A stretch of DNA of 64,000 nt from a bacterium (GTDB taxonomy: Bacteria > Bdellovibrionota_C > UBA2361 > RFPC01): assembly GCA_030428205.1 (NCBI GenBank), contig JAUIBK010000004.1, forward strand, positions 44,439 through 108,438, written 5' to 3'. Below, piece after piece: positions 49,279 to 59,332 of this stretch (position 1 is its first letter; each line of letters opens with the position of its first letter). The translations under genes were made by a program, and so were the position numbers. The notes beneath the pieces were generated by a model that saw only the letters and a list, made by a program, of their open reading frames with translations, ran no database searches and had not been told where the DNA came from.

Positions 49279-50778
49279 TTAGAGCGTGAGTGTTTCAAAG
49301 AAGTTGCCACACTGTTGAGTGGAATGGGCCTTGAGATTGTGCCACGAGTTGCTCTTCGAGCAGTATTGGTAGTCGTCCTTCCAAGTGTTTCCGTGTTTTG
49401 CGACCTCTTCAATAGCATAGAGTATCCAGTCAAGTTCTTTGTTGGTCATCGTAGGATGGAGCCCAATACGAACCCAGCCAGGCTTAGCAGATTGGTCGCC
49501 GTAATCAATAGCACAAGTAATTGCCTCAGAGTGTGGCCTATCGATCCCAAAGAGATAATGACCGTATGTTCCAGCACATGAGCAACCGTCTCGTGCTTGC
49601 ACACCAAATCTATCGCTTAAGAGAGCCACGGCGAGTCCGTAGTGGAGGTCGTCGATAGTAAATGAGATGATACCCTGTCGATCTTTGTGGAGAGGGGCGA
49701 GGATGTCGACTTTATCGATAGCTTCGAGCCCACTCAGGGCTTTTGTGAGGAGCTCTTTTTTTCGATTCTGAATCCTCTCTACACCCATTTCTTCTTTGAC
49801 TGAAATAGCGAGTGCAGCTCGCATGGTTTGAAAGAGGGGAGGGGTTCCGGCATCTTCTCGGCACTCGATGTCTTTCACGTAGGAATGCTCGCCCCAAGGG
49901 TTAGTCCAGTCGACAATACCACCTCCGACATTGACAGGAGTTCCTCCTCGGTAAAATTGTTGATTAAAGATCAGAATGCCTGCGCCCTCGGGTCCACCTA
50001 GAAATTTGTGAGGGGAGAAGAAGATTGCATCAAGGACCGCATCTGGATCGTCCGGGTGCATGTTAATATCGACATAGGGAGCTGAAGCAGCGTAGTCAAC
50101 ACTGAACATGCCGCCGTATTTATGCACAACCTTAGCCATGTCATAAATTGGGGTATCTATTCCGGTAACATTGGATGAGGCAGTGACTGATGCAATAATG
50201 GGACGAGATGATTTGACGGCATTTTTGCAAATCTCTTCTAAGTGATTGAGGTCTGGGAGTCCGTTTTCGTCTGGTTCAATAACAATGACTTCACCAACAG
50301 TCTCAATCCATGAAGTGTGATTTGAGTGGTGTTCCATGTGAGTGATGGGAATAACGGGCCGCTCTTGCTCTGTAAGCGTTGCATCGCTTCGAAGCCCCAT
50401 CATGCGTTGGAGTCGATTTACTGCTCCAGTCATTCCTGAGCCACAAGCAAGGACAACGTCTGTGGGATCTGCTCCAACATGGTTACCGATAAATCGCTTG
50501 GCATCTTCATAGAGTTTTGTGGTGTGGCACCCTACGAAGCTGTGATGTGAATGGGAGTTGCCATAATACTCTGCAAGCTTCTCAAGGCGACGATCTACGG
50601 GCGTGTACCTTCGGCCACTTGCTGTCCAGTCTGCGTAGACAAGGGTCTTGGTGCCGTAAGGGGTGTTGTATTTGGTCCACTGGCCTTCGATGTTTGAACG
50701 AAAGGGCGCAAATGCCTCTTCGAGCTCGCTTGTTGTTTGAGCCTCGTGGTCGGGATCGAAGGATTCGTTTGTGGACAT
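49279..50778 (-). CDS. Class V PLP aminotransferase (cysteine desulfurase/selenocysteine lyase-like)
   Basis: Motifs YADWTASG, EHHSN, SPHKFLGGP, AGTPP and RDGCSCAG. Confidence 0.9.
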   Translation of the reverse strand: MSTNESFDPDHEAQTTSELEEAFAPFRSNIEGQWTKYNTPYGTKTLVYADWTASGRRYTPVDRRLEKLAEYYGNSHSHHSFVGCHTTKLYEDAKRFIGNHVGADPTDVVLACGSGMTGAVNRLQRMMGLRSDATLTEQERPVIPITHMEHHSNHTSWIETVGEVIVIEPDENGLPDLNHLEEICKNAVKSSRPIIASVTASSNVTGIDTPIYDMAKVVHKYGGMFSVDYAASAPYVDINMHPDDPDAVLDAIFFSPHKFLGGPEGAGILIFNQQFYRGGTPVNVGGGIVDWTNPWGEHSYVKDIECREDAGTPPLFQTMRAALAISVKEEMGVERIQNRKKELLTKALSGLEAIDKVDILAPLHKDRQGIISFTIDDLHYGLAVALLSDRFGVQARDGCSCAGTYGHYLFGIDRPHSEAITCAIDYGDQSAKPGWVRIGLHPTMTNKELDWILYAIEEVAKHGNTWKDDYQYCSKSNSWHNLKAHSTQQCGNFFETLTL

Positions 50779-50958
50779 TAGGGGGGATAATACTATTCGA
50801 GGGTTGGGGATTAAAGGGGGAAGTTCGAGAGGGGCGGGAAGAACCCTGCTTCGCCCTATACGGGCTACGGCGGGTCATCCGCTTTCGTACGAACTACGGC
50901 GTGAGTCGATTCGCGAGCGAACTTAGCTGAAGCTAAGCTCGATGCTCATTGAAAAAGA

Positions 50959-51096
50959 TGGCGTTTTGAGGACTTAGCTTTAGCTAAGTCGAAATAGCGA
51001 GAGATGGCGTTTTGAGGACTTAGCTTTAGCAAAGTCGAAATAGCGAGAGGTGGCGTTTTGAGGACTTAGCTCTAGCTAAGTCAAAATAGCGAAAAA
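50959..51096. repeat. Three tandem 46-bp repeats abutting the tRNA 3' end
   Basis: Unit tggcgttttgaggacttagctttagctaagtcgaaatagcgagaga starts at 50959, 51005 and 51051; internal hairpin gacttagc/gctaagtc. Confidence 0.92.
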
Positions 51097-51171
51097 TGGC
51101 GTCCCCACGGGGACTCGAACCCCGGTTTTCAGCGTGAAAGGCCGATGTCCTAACCACTAGACGATGGGGAC
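51097..51171 (-). tRNA. tRNA-Glu (TTC)
   Basis: GTCCCCATCGTCTAGTGGTTAGGACATCGGCCTTTCACGCTGAAAACCGGGGTTCGAGTCCCCGTGGGGACGCCA: cloverleaf, anticodon TTC, encoded CCA. Confidence 0.96.
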
Positions 51172-51670
51172 AGCCAATGATTTTGAGAGTTTAGGTGATA
51201 TACAACCAGGCGGATTTCGTCAATAGGTGACAGGAAAATACTTGATATTCGCGGTGTTTTTTTCACTACAAAGGTAAAGAAGAACGGCAATTTTAGTAAC
51301 TTAGGAAATTTCAATTATTCCCACTTCTGCTTGTCTCTCTTGTTTTCTTTCGTATGTAAGGTGTTATTTTTCTGATCGGTATTGAGACGTGGTTTGAGTA
51401 ATCCAGCTTGCCATGAAATACTTCGGGATTCTTCCAGATCCTTATCATTCTTTACTTTGAGTATTACTTTTCTCCCTAACGTTTGTGCGTGAGCTTTTTA
51501 CGGGGCGTCGCGGATCGCGAAGGAAGGGGAGTGAGTTGTTCCTCATCGAGCTTTCACGTTTGAGAGTTCGCTGAGGAATAACCTAGGTATGAACTATGGT
51601 TTTTGACTGTATTTGTATTTGAGTGCGTAGCTCAAACAAGATAGTCACAGTTTTTGATAAGGAGAAACTT

Positions 51671-52918
51671 ATGTTTCCTACGTATCTTCGTCGCTATGCG
51701 GAACTCTTACTGAAGCAAGGAATTAACCTTCACAGCGACCAAGCGTTGCTCATCTCTGGAGAAGCGGAACACAGTGAGCTTGCCGAGGCGATTGCCGAGG
51801 TAGCTCGCGAACTGAAAGCTGGGTCAGTTACGATTGTTCTTCAAGATCCTCTCCGAGCTGCTGAGTGGATTTCAAAAGATGATTGTTTTGAGGCGCGTGT
51901 GCAATATAGACGTTTACTCAATTCGATCGATCCTATTGTTCGAGTCGGAGGTGCTCACATTTCACTGCGTGGGATGTCTCATCCCGTACTCTTCCAGAGC
52001 CTTTCTGAGGAACACCCTGAAGCATTTGCTGCTTACATGGAAGGCTACGACGAAGCACGTCAAGTGTTTCGCCGTTTTGGGATTAACGCAGGACGTTGCC
52101 CTTGGCTCGTTGCTTCTGCACCGACCCACGGTTGGGCAAAGCAGGTCTTCCCTAACTTAGGAGTAGAAGACGCTCTTACTGCTCTATGGGATGATGTTTT
52201 TGAAATCACAGGAGTAAAAGATGATGCATTTCTCGAGCATGCAAAACAAGTTGATGAACAACTTCACGAGCGTGCTCAGTTTCTGAACGGGTTGAAGATT
52301 GAGGGACTTCACATTTTTGGGGGAGGTTCAGATTTTCACATCAAGCTTTCTGATCAAGCTCGGTGGGGAGGTGGAAGTAAAGAGACTATCCATGGACAGT
52401 CTTTTCAGGCGAATATTCCTTCGTTTGAAGCTTTTACCACTCCCGATGCACGAACAGCGAACGGAAAGCTTGTGATGAGTCGTCCATTCCTTGCCCAGGA
52501 TGTTCTTGTTGAAGACCTTAGTCTTGAATTCGAATCAGGAAGAGTTGTTCATTTCGATGCTTCTTCTGGTGTTGAGATGTTTGAGCGCCTTCTTGCGTTA
52601 GATGAAGGAGCAAGTCGCATTGGCGAAGTTGCGCTTGTCGGGCTTGATTCACCGATCGCTCAACGAAAGCGGATGTATTGCCACACGCTTCTTGATGAAA
52701 ATGCTCGGTGCCATATCGCACTCGGTTCAGCGTATATTTCACAAATAGCTCAAGGTCGTCAGTTAAACACTGATCAACTCACTGCGATCGGGGTTAATCG
52801 GAGCTTACATCACACAGATATGATGTTTAGCTCTGATAAGACCGGGGTTGTTGCCCATACATTTGATGGGCGATATGTTCCGATTATCCGTAACGGAAAT
52901 TGGGTTCAGGAGGAGTAA
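51671..52918 (+). CDS. Aminopeptidase, M29 family (second paralogue)
   Basis: Motifs YAELLLKQGINL, ANIPSFEAFTTP, IGEVALV, LLDENARCHIALG and HHTDMM. Confidence 0.92.
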   Translation: MFPTYLRRYAELLLKQGINLHSDQALLISGEAEHSELAEAIAEVARELKAGSVTIVLQDPLRAAEWISKDDCFEARVQYRRLLNSIDPIVRVGGAHISLRGMSHPVLFQSLSEEHPEAFAAYMEGYDEARQVFRRFGINAGRCPWLVASAPTHGWAKQVFPNLGVEDALTALWDDVFEITGVKDDAFLEHAKQVDEQLHERAQFLNGLKIEGLHIFGGGSDFHIKLSDQARWGGGSKETIHGQSFQANIPSFEAFTTPDARTANGKLVMSRPFLAQDVLVEDLSLEFESGRVVHFDASSGVEMFERLLALDEGASRIGEVALVGLDSPIAQRKRMYCHTLLDENARCHIALGSAYISQIAQGRQLNTDQLTAIGVNRSLHHTDMMFSSDKTGVVAHTFDGRYVPIIRNGNWVQEE

Positions 52919-53110
52919 AGTGTCTCACTATCAGCCCCTTTTCAACTATCTCTTTCGCTTTGCGTGAGAGGAGAGAGGTTCTTAACCATCCCTAGGTTTA
53001 CCTCTCTACTAAAACGACCGATAAGTAACGTTATCGGGCAATTTAAGGGTGGGCTGTCCCTCAGATTCATCTCTATGGCGATTCTCAAAATCACGTAGAA
53101 TGTGGTCTGT

Positions 53111-53725
53111 ATGGATGATACATCGCGTCATTATTGCTCTGAGACCAAAGTTCCGCTTGGCCTAGACGAAGGTTATCAAATCGGTGTTGGTTGGACTGCT
53201 GACTGGTCTGAGCCCTTTTGGCTCTCTGAAGATGCCATCCGTCAGTTGTACGGAGTTGAAGTCAAAGAGTCTCTCATTGTTCCCGGAGAACTTGGACTCT
53301 TTGCAACACGCGACTTCGAACCTGATGAGATGATCGTCTCCTATGATGGACCACTGCTTGACCCCGATGAACTCTACAAGAAGACCGGTCTCTATACATC
53401 TCCATATGGCATTGTTCTTTTCGAAGAGAAAATCATCGTTCCTGATACACACCGCCAACACGGTCTAGGTCGTTACGCCAACGACGCTTTTCCATTTTCA
53501 ACAGCCGAAGATAACAACTCTGAGATGCGCCATTATACCGTTGGCCCCCCAGAAGATCCCGACCGCGTTACTTGGCCTGGTATCTTTGCACGCGTTGCGA
53601 TCTCTCCAGGCGAAGAGATCACCTTTGCTTACGGCCAAGGATATTGGACCGCATGGAAACCAGGTCCGCGAAGATGGCTTACACAATTAAAGGCGTGGTG
53701 GAATCGAATTTTTGGGGTATTTTGA
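53111..53725 (+). CDS. SET-domain protein-lysine methyltransferase
   Basis: Motifs GLFATRDF..DEMI..YDG, GRYANDA and ISPGEEITFAYGQGYW. Confidence 0.85.
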   Translation: MDDTSRHYCSETKVPLGLDEGYQIGVGWTADWSEPFWLSEDAIRQLYGVEVKESLIVPGELGLFATRDFEPDEMIVSYDGPLLDPDELYKKTGLYTSPYGIVLFEEKIIVPDTHRQHGLGRYANDAFPFSTAEDNNSEMRHYTVGPPEDPDRVTWPGIFARVAISPGEEITFAYGQGYWTAWKPGPRRWLTQLKAWWNRIFGVF

Positions 53726-53818
53726 TCGCTCTAGTAAGCTGTCTAATATCGGTATGTTTAAGGTTCTTATATATCTAATTCTCAGGAAGTAGGGCCGGAT
53801 CGTGGACGGGGAGATAGG

Positions 53819-55000
53819 TCAACCGCTTACGCTCACCAGGTTGGTGAAATTTTCTTTTGTAACAAACAGCGGCTCAAGCGCATTCGGAAAGGTGTCAATA
53901 AATTCAGCCATAGCTTTCTTATGCCGATTTTTTAAACCGTCCCAACTTACTTGGATTGGCCTTGGGCGACTGCCTTCAAGTACAACAAAATCGACTTCTC
54001 CTTCTCCACGCCAATAAAACACCTCCCGGTGCTCACGTCGAAGAGTATGAAAAACTGCCGTTTCGAAATTCTTTCCTAAATCTAAACTTCCAGAGGTCAG
54101 AACAGACGCCCTCAATGCACAATCAATTGGATACCATTTCGTATTTCGCACGAGCCGTTTTCGCTCAGAGAAAGTAAAATACGGGCATGGAAGAATCATA
54201 TACGCTTTCGTCAAAGCATCGAGGTACGTCATTATTGTATCAACACTTGCATCGACTCTTTTCACAAGTTTGCGTGCGCTCAACTCAGAACCTGTCGAAT
54301 CAAAAACTGCCCTAGCAACCTGAGCAAGGAGCGTGCTTGAGCGTGCTGCAACATGTCTTCTGACATCCCTTTCAATGATGTCCGTAAAATACTGTCTTAG
54401 AAGCTGTGGAGCGTTCTCTAATGTTTGTGCCCTCGGGAAACCTCCATCAGAAAGAAACGCCTCCAAGCTCCCCTCGGGCTTCACATTGAGATACTCAGAA
54501 AAATCAAACGGAAAAAGCTCTAGCGGAAGATGCCTCCCAGTAAGTACCGTTCCGAGCTCTCCGCTTAAGAGCGCTGCATTTGACCCCGTTATGACGAAAT
54601 GATTCTTGCCAGCCTTATCAAGCTTTACTCGTAACCACTTCTCCCAGTCCTTGACTGCCTGTATCTCATCAAGAAAGAAAAATCGTGGCTCATTGTCACC
54701 TACTTGAGCATCTGCAAAGGAAACAATTGCATCAAGAAGGTTTGGATCGAGCGAGTCACTTAAACGTGGATCTTCAAAGTTAACAAAAAAACAGCAGTCC
54801 CTGGGGAGTTCTCGCTTCGTCATGATCTGAGCAAGCAAGGTTGATTTTCCACATCGCCTCACCCCTTGAATGACTGTGGCGAGATCGGGTTGAAGCTCTG
54901 GTAGGGACTTGAGAACATTTCGCTCAATGCTTTGAGGGGGTTCTTTCTTAAAGAAGCTCCAGTCCTCAATCACTGGTAAAAGTAGACTCTGATAGGTCAT
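53819..55000 (-). CDS. AAA+ ATPase, AAA_14/DUF4143 (COG1373) family
   Basis: Motifs GVRRCGKST, FLDEIQ, ITGS, LTGR, GGFP and EVDFV. Confidence 0.9.
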   Translation of the reverse strand: MTYQSLLLPVIEDWSFFKKEPPQSIERNVLKSLPELQPDLATVIQGVRRCGKSTLLAQIMTKRELPRDCCFFVNFEDPRLSDSLDPNLLDAIVSFADAQVGDNEPRFFFLDEIQAVKDWEKWLRVKLDKAGKNHFVITGSNAALLSGELGTVLTGRHLPLELFPFDFSEYLNVKPEGSLEAFLSDGGFPRAQTLENAPQLLRQYFTDIIERDVRRHVAARSSTLLAQVARAVFDSTGSELSARKLVKRVDASVDTIMTYLDALTKAYMILPCPYFTFSERKRLVRNTKWYPIDCALRASVLTSGSLDLGKNFETAVFHTLRREHREVFYWRGEGEVDFVVLEGSRPRPIQVSWDGLKNRHKKAMAEFIDTFPNALEPLFVTKENFTNLVSVSG

Positions 55001-55282
55001 CGTAGTGCCTCTCCAATTGGCCTTCAGCCAGGGTAAGTTATCTTACATTATTTATGATGACTCATATCGACACTATTGTCGAGTTTTATCGACAGATTTA
55101 TAGAGCTCTGAAATCATTGATTATATTTATTGAGAACTGGCTCCATCCGACTTGATAATGCCGAATAAATAGCGAAAAAAATCTTGATTCACTTCTGCAA
55201 GCTCTCCGCCACATTAACGCAGAAAACACACGGATAAAATATAGAAGAAATGGTAATGGAATGATCGAGCCCCGCTCCAGAA

Positions 55283-57076
55283 CTAAACCTCTCTCCTGCT
55301 TTTTGCCAGCCTCTGTTCTCGCTCAAGCTGCCGCTTCTTTAACTTATCCTGCATAGCCTTAAACTTGTCTTGCTTGTCCTTCTCTGCTTGATCAAGGAGA
55401 CCTTGTAAATATGTCACGATTTGAGTTTGATTGGCATTTTCTGCACTTTCTTTTAACTGCTTGATCCTGGACATCTGGTGCACATAATACAGAGAAGCGT
55501 TTTCTTGTATAACAGTTTGTAGCGTAGGGAGATCTCCAGTTATTGCAAGGAACGTAGGAAGATCGGATCCGATCGGTTTTATCGGTGTTAGAATGCTTGG
55601 GCCTTTGTTTTCAAGGAAGTATTGAAACGCTTTGCGATTCCCAACTTTATAAGCGACCCACAGGAGGTTACCCCACTTATGGCTATTTGATAAAAGGCTC
55701 GTTTCTGGATTGTCTAGGAGGAGCTGAATAATGTCCTCATGTCCTTTCTCGAGTGCTAAGACGAGTGCAGGCTTTAAAGAGAATCCATATGCATTTGGAG
55801 ATACACCGTTATCTAATAGAAACTTAGCGAAGTCGTGGTATCCATTGTGAACTGCATAGTGAAGAGGCTTTCCTTCATGAACTAATGCAGATCGAACAGA
55901 GAGCTTGTATCCCATTTCGACGAGCTTTTTTGCAACATTGAGGGAGTTTTCCATTGCAGCTTCCTCCATCATTGTAACGCCGGTTGGGTTTGTCGTCTCT
56001 AGGCCAAGTTCTTGAACAAGAGGGGAAACCTCAGCAACTGAGTTTCTTGAAATAGCGGAAAAGAGTAGATCGACTTTTTGATCGCGAGCAGAAGGCTGAG
56101 TAAATGCCCATTGATAAATATGTTCAAAGTTACGTTGCCCGCTCCAGATTCTCTCATAGGACGAGTCGTATTGATCTCCAAGAAGATGAAATGCTTCCCT
56201 GGCAACAGTTCGATCTCTAGCATTATATGTCATGTAAGCAAATCGATGTTGGAGAAACTTTGCATCAGGATAGAGATCAATAAGATCTCGAAAGCCTTGC
56301 CATGTTTTTTGCTTCTTAAAACCAACTTCTGTAAATACTTTTTCGTTAAACAGCTTAGCAATTGAGCTGGCTATGACAGCATAGGCGCCAGTGCCCAATT
56401 GATGTCGAGAAAGTTCCTCTGAGCGTTCTGCAAAATTGAGAAGCTTTGGAAAGGAGCCTCCCCATCGAGGCAGAAGATAGTTTGCTCGGTTGGTGTAGAA
56501 GTTTAGGTAGAGAGGATATAATCTTATTGCTTGCTCAAGTAGTGGATCTATTTCGCTTTCAGGAGCGCCCAGAGCACTTAAGACACCTAGAATGACAGAG
56601 TATGCCGCCGCGTCGATTGGTTGTTCGTTTGAGAGGTATTGGCTTTCATTGAGAACTTTCTGCTTGAACTGTCTATATTGTCCCATCTTCTCGGAGGAGA
56701 TGTTCTTTGCCCAAGAGTTCCCCCTTGCTCTATTTGCTGTGTCGTTGTGTTCGAGCATCATGAAAGTAGTAAAAGGATTCGATGGAGCGCAAGTATCTCT
56801 TGCGTCTATGAAGAGGTCTTTGCACAGTTGACTGTCCGCTGTGCAAGTCATGCGCAAGGAGGAGTAGAACTCATTCACGACAGGTGCTCCGTCTGGAAAA
56901 TTGATGTGCTTTGACAGTAGATATGAGTGGTACTTTTCTAGTTCTTTACAGCTTCGAGTGTGGAATGCTTTGCGAAATCCGTTTCGAAACTCAGTTCGAG
57001 ATATGAAGTCTTGAGCCAGTACGAATGTTGGAAGAATGAAAACTATCCAAATGAATGTATACGTTCTTTTGCACAT
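55283..57076 (-). CDS. Secreted protein with a DUF4034-like domain and ankyrin repeats
   Basis: Signal peptide; ARGNSWA and YLLPRWGGS (DUF4034-like); PLHYAVHNGYHDFAKFLLDNG ankyrin repeats. Confidence 0.75.
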   Translation of the reverse strand: MCKRTYTFIWIVFILPTFVLAQDFISRTEFRNGFRKAFHTRSCKELEKYHSYLLSKHINFPDGAPVVNEFYSSLRMTCTADSQLCKDLFIDARDTCAPSNPFTTFMMLEHNDTANRARGNSWAKNISSEKMGQYRQFKQKVLNESQYLSNEQPIDAAAYSVILGVLSALGAPESEIDPLLEQAIRLYPLYLNFYTNRANYLLPRWGGSFPKLLNFAERSEELSRHQLGTGAYAVIASSIAKLFNEKVFTEVGFKKQKTWQGFRDLIDLYPDAKFLQHRFAYMTYNARDRTVAREAFHLLGDQYDSSYERIWSGQRNFEHIYQWAFTQPSARDQKVDLLFSAISRNSVAEVSPLVQELGLETTNPTGVTMMEEAAMENSLNVAKKLVEMGYKLSVRSALVHEGKPLHYAVHNGYHDFAKFLLDNGVSPNAYGFSLKPALVLALEKGHEDIIQLLLDNPETSLLSNSHKWGNLLWVAYKVGNRKAFQYFLENKGPSILTPIKPIGSDLPTFLAITGDLPTLQTVIQENASLYYVHQMSRIKQLKESAENANQTQIVTYLQGLLDQAEKDKQDKFKAMQDKLKKRQLEREQRLAKSRREV

Positions 57077-57311
57077 GGTTGTAGCTCCAAGTTGTGTATC
57101 ACCACATTTCCCTACGATGGATTCTTGTGCTTTAGGAATCGACTGACTTAGGATTTATCGTGAGAACTAAATTTCTCTTTATACGAGAAAATACACAGTT
57201 AGCTTACGTTGTACGGAAAGCCATATGCGTGTAATTTTCACGTATGGACTGTTGTTAGGGATTGGTGGTGGTTTAGTGGCCCCAACTTTGCCCGGGCTTG
57301 CAGAGCTTAAG

Positions 57312-57689
57312 CTATACCCCGTCTCTCTTGTTCGCGTACTCTATGTATTCCTCTCCAAACTCTAGCTCTAAAGCGATTCTTAGGAGTGCGGGAAAGGCGA
57401 ACCAATATCCTTCTTCTATTCTTTGTCGAATCGGCTCACCGGGTGATTCGCGAATATAAAACTTTTGATGCCACTCATCCATGGGGCTCGCATCAATTTC
57501 AAGAACTTCTTTTGAGTGTTTTTCTAGAAGGCTTCGTAGATCTGAGAGGGATCTTATTCCGAAAAATATTAGCTCTTCGACTTCCTCAGAGTAGTCTGAT
57601 GAATAGAAATCGTTTCGCTTTGGAAAGAATTCTTTAAGGGTACTATATACATTCTCGCTAGTTAATTTATCGTACTTTGATTCATTCAT
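57312..57689 (-). CDS. Hypothetical protein
   Basis: 125-aa AT-rich ORF. Confidence 0.6.
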   Translation of the reverse strand: MNESKYDKLTSENVYSTLKEFFPKRNDFYSSDYSEEVEELIFFGIRSLSDLRSLLEKHSKEVLEIDASPMDEWHQKFYIRESPGEPIRQRIEEGYWFAFPALLRIALELEFGEEYIEYANKRDGV

Positions 57690-57731
57690 AGGCACATTGG
57701 TAACGAAGAGGTAGGGGCACAAGACTAGAGT

Positions 57732-58193
57732 TTAGAGTTCTTTTTCAAGGATAATCCCGTGATGTTCCTCACTGAGCTTCTTGTAAACACCTGTTACGTC
57801 AAAGCCGTACTCGATATTGAGAAGTAGCATGCTGCGATACTTGTTCTTGGTTTGAGTTCTTATGTACTTAAAGCCTTTCGCTTCTGCCCACTCGTGTTGT
57901 CTTTCCATTAGTGCACGAGCTATGCCTTTACGTCGATGTTCCCCCACTACTCCACCGTTCCAACTATAGAAGTATTCATGGTCTGAGTGGTACTCAAATC
58001 CAATCTTGTATCCACAAGGCTCTCCCTCGAGGTATCCAATCAGGATGCAAAGATTGGGGCGTGTTTGTAGTTCTCGCTCTATGAGTTCACGGGAGAGAGG
58101 TTTTTCGAAGATTTTTTCTTCGAGTTCAACCAAGAGGCTGAGTACTGAGTCAGTGAGCCCAGAGAACTCCTTTATTTCTAAGTTTTTCTTCAT
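57732..58193 (-). CDS. GNAT N-acetyltransferase
   Basis: Motifs YSWNGGV..HRRKGIARAL and TKNKYRSMLLLNI. Confidence 0.9.
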   Translation of the reverse strand: MKKNLEIKEFSGLTDSVLSLLVELEEKIFEKPLSRELIERELQTRPNLCILIGYLEGEPCGYKIGFEYHSDHEYFYSWNGGVVGEHRRKGIARALMERQHEWAEAKGFKYIRTQTKNKYRSMLLLNIEYGFDVTGVYKKLSEEHHGIILEKEL

Positions 58194-58660
58194 GTCAGTT
58201 TATATATTCTGACACACTTCTTGTTTTGTGTCGTTTTGTATAAAGAACTGGAGCATCTCAGCGCTCTCTCTGCATATTTATAGGATCACCTCTCGTACTT
58301 GTGAACAAAAAAAGTACACCTAATCACCTCCTTCCAAGATCCCTATATCACTTAGAAAGCTTGAGTTCCCTATTTCCCGAGAACCAGGATTACTATGAAC
58401 GTTGTGTATATAATTTGTGACCTTCATCTGTGGTTTTGAGTATACGCCAGCTTTCAGAGGGCTTGCTTACTGAGGCGTGGCTCAGGGAAGCATAATTAAA
58501 GAGTGATATCAGTATGTTGCGATGCTCTGCCGCACTTGGTTCCATGAATGTGCATAACGTACATATATAGTGGTATGTCGTTTGCATACCCAGTGTGAAT
58601 GAGCAAGAGAGCGTACTCTCAGGAGGTGCGCAGGTTTTTTTAGGTTACTGGAGTAGTTGT

Positions 58661-59311
58661 ATGAGTGTTTTTTCGAAGTTTTCCTTGATCTCGTTCCCCT
58701 TTTTCTTTAGTTCAGCCTTGGCTCTTTACGTGCCAGCCCTCGCGCAAGATAGCGGCTCTGGTGGTGAGTGTGGAGGAGTGTCATCAGAGACATTGATCTC
58801 GCCTCAAGTATGTTGGGGCTCGAACAATAATGGTGATCTTGTTTGTACTTGCACTTCCCCGAATGGAGGATTTACCTGGGAGTTTGGCCCTTATCGAACT
58901 GTCGAAGAGTGTGAGGCACGGGGAAAGGAATTAGGCTGTGAGAAAGTAACTGCTGAGATGGCCGATAAGGATGCAGGAAACGTTTGCGACCTGGCTGAGT
59001 CAATACTCTATAGCGAAGGAGATGGGGAGCTTCCTGATTGCCCAGAAGGGTGTGGCGCACAAACCGTAGAGCGAGGAACCACCCGTTATACGGATAGTGA
59101 GAACAATCCTGTCATAGGTGAGCCAGGACCAAATGATTCTCGAAGTGTGAACTGCTGTTGGGCATACGCAATTGTGAGTTGTGTGCCTCATAAAAGAGAA
59201 AGCAATGCCATCGGTAGGTCTGAGACAGATGATTTGATTTCTCTCTTTATTGGTGAATTTGAGTCTGGAGAAACCTCGTTAGACGTTCTGGATTCAGAGG
59301 TTTCTAGGTAG
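58661..59311 (+). CDS. Cys-rich secreted hypothetical protein
   Basis: Signal peptide ending PALA|QD; 12 cysteines in the mature part. Confidence 0.65.
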   Translation: MSVFSKFSLISFPFFFSSALALYVPALAQDSGSGGECGGVSSETLISPQVCWGSNNNGDLVCTCTSPNGGFTWEFGPYRTVEECEARGKELGCEKVTAEMADKDAGNVCDLAESILYSEGDGELPDCPEGCGAQTVERGTTRYTDSENNPVIGEPGPNDSRSVNCCWAYAIVSCVPHKRESNAIGRSETDDLISLFIGEFESGETSLDVLDSEVSR

Positions 59312-59332
59312 TCCCCGAATAAGGAGAACATC

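Noticed and set aside
50959-51096. Tandem repeats with palindromes resembling a CRISPR array
   Set aside because: The units are contiguous and near-identical with no unique spacers, and there are no cas genes.
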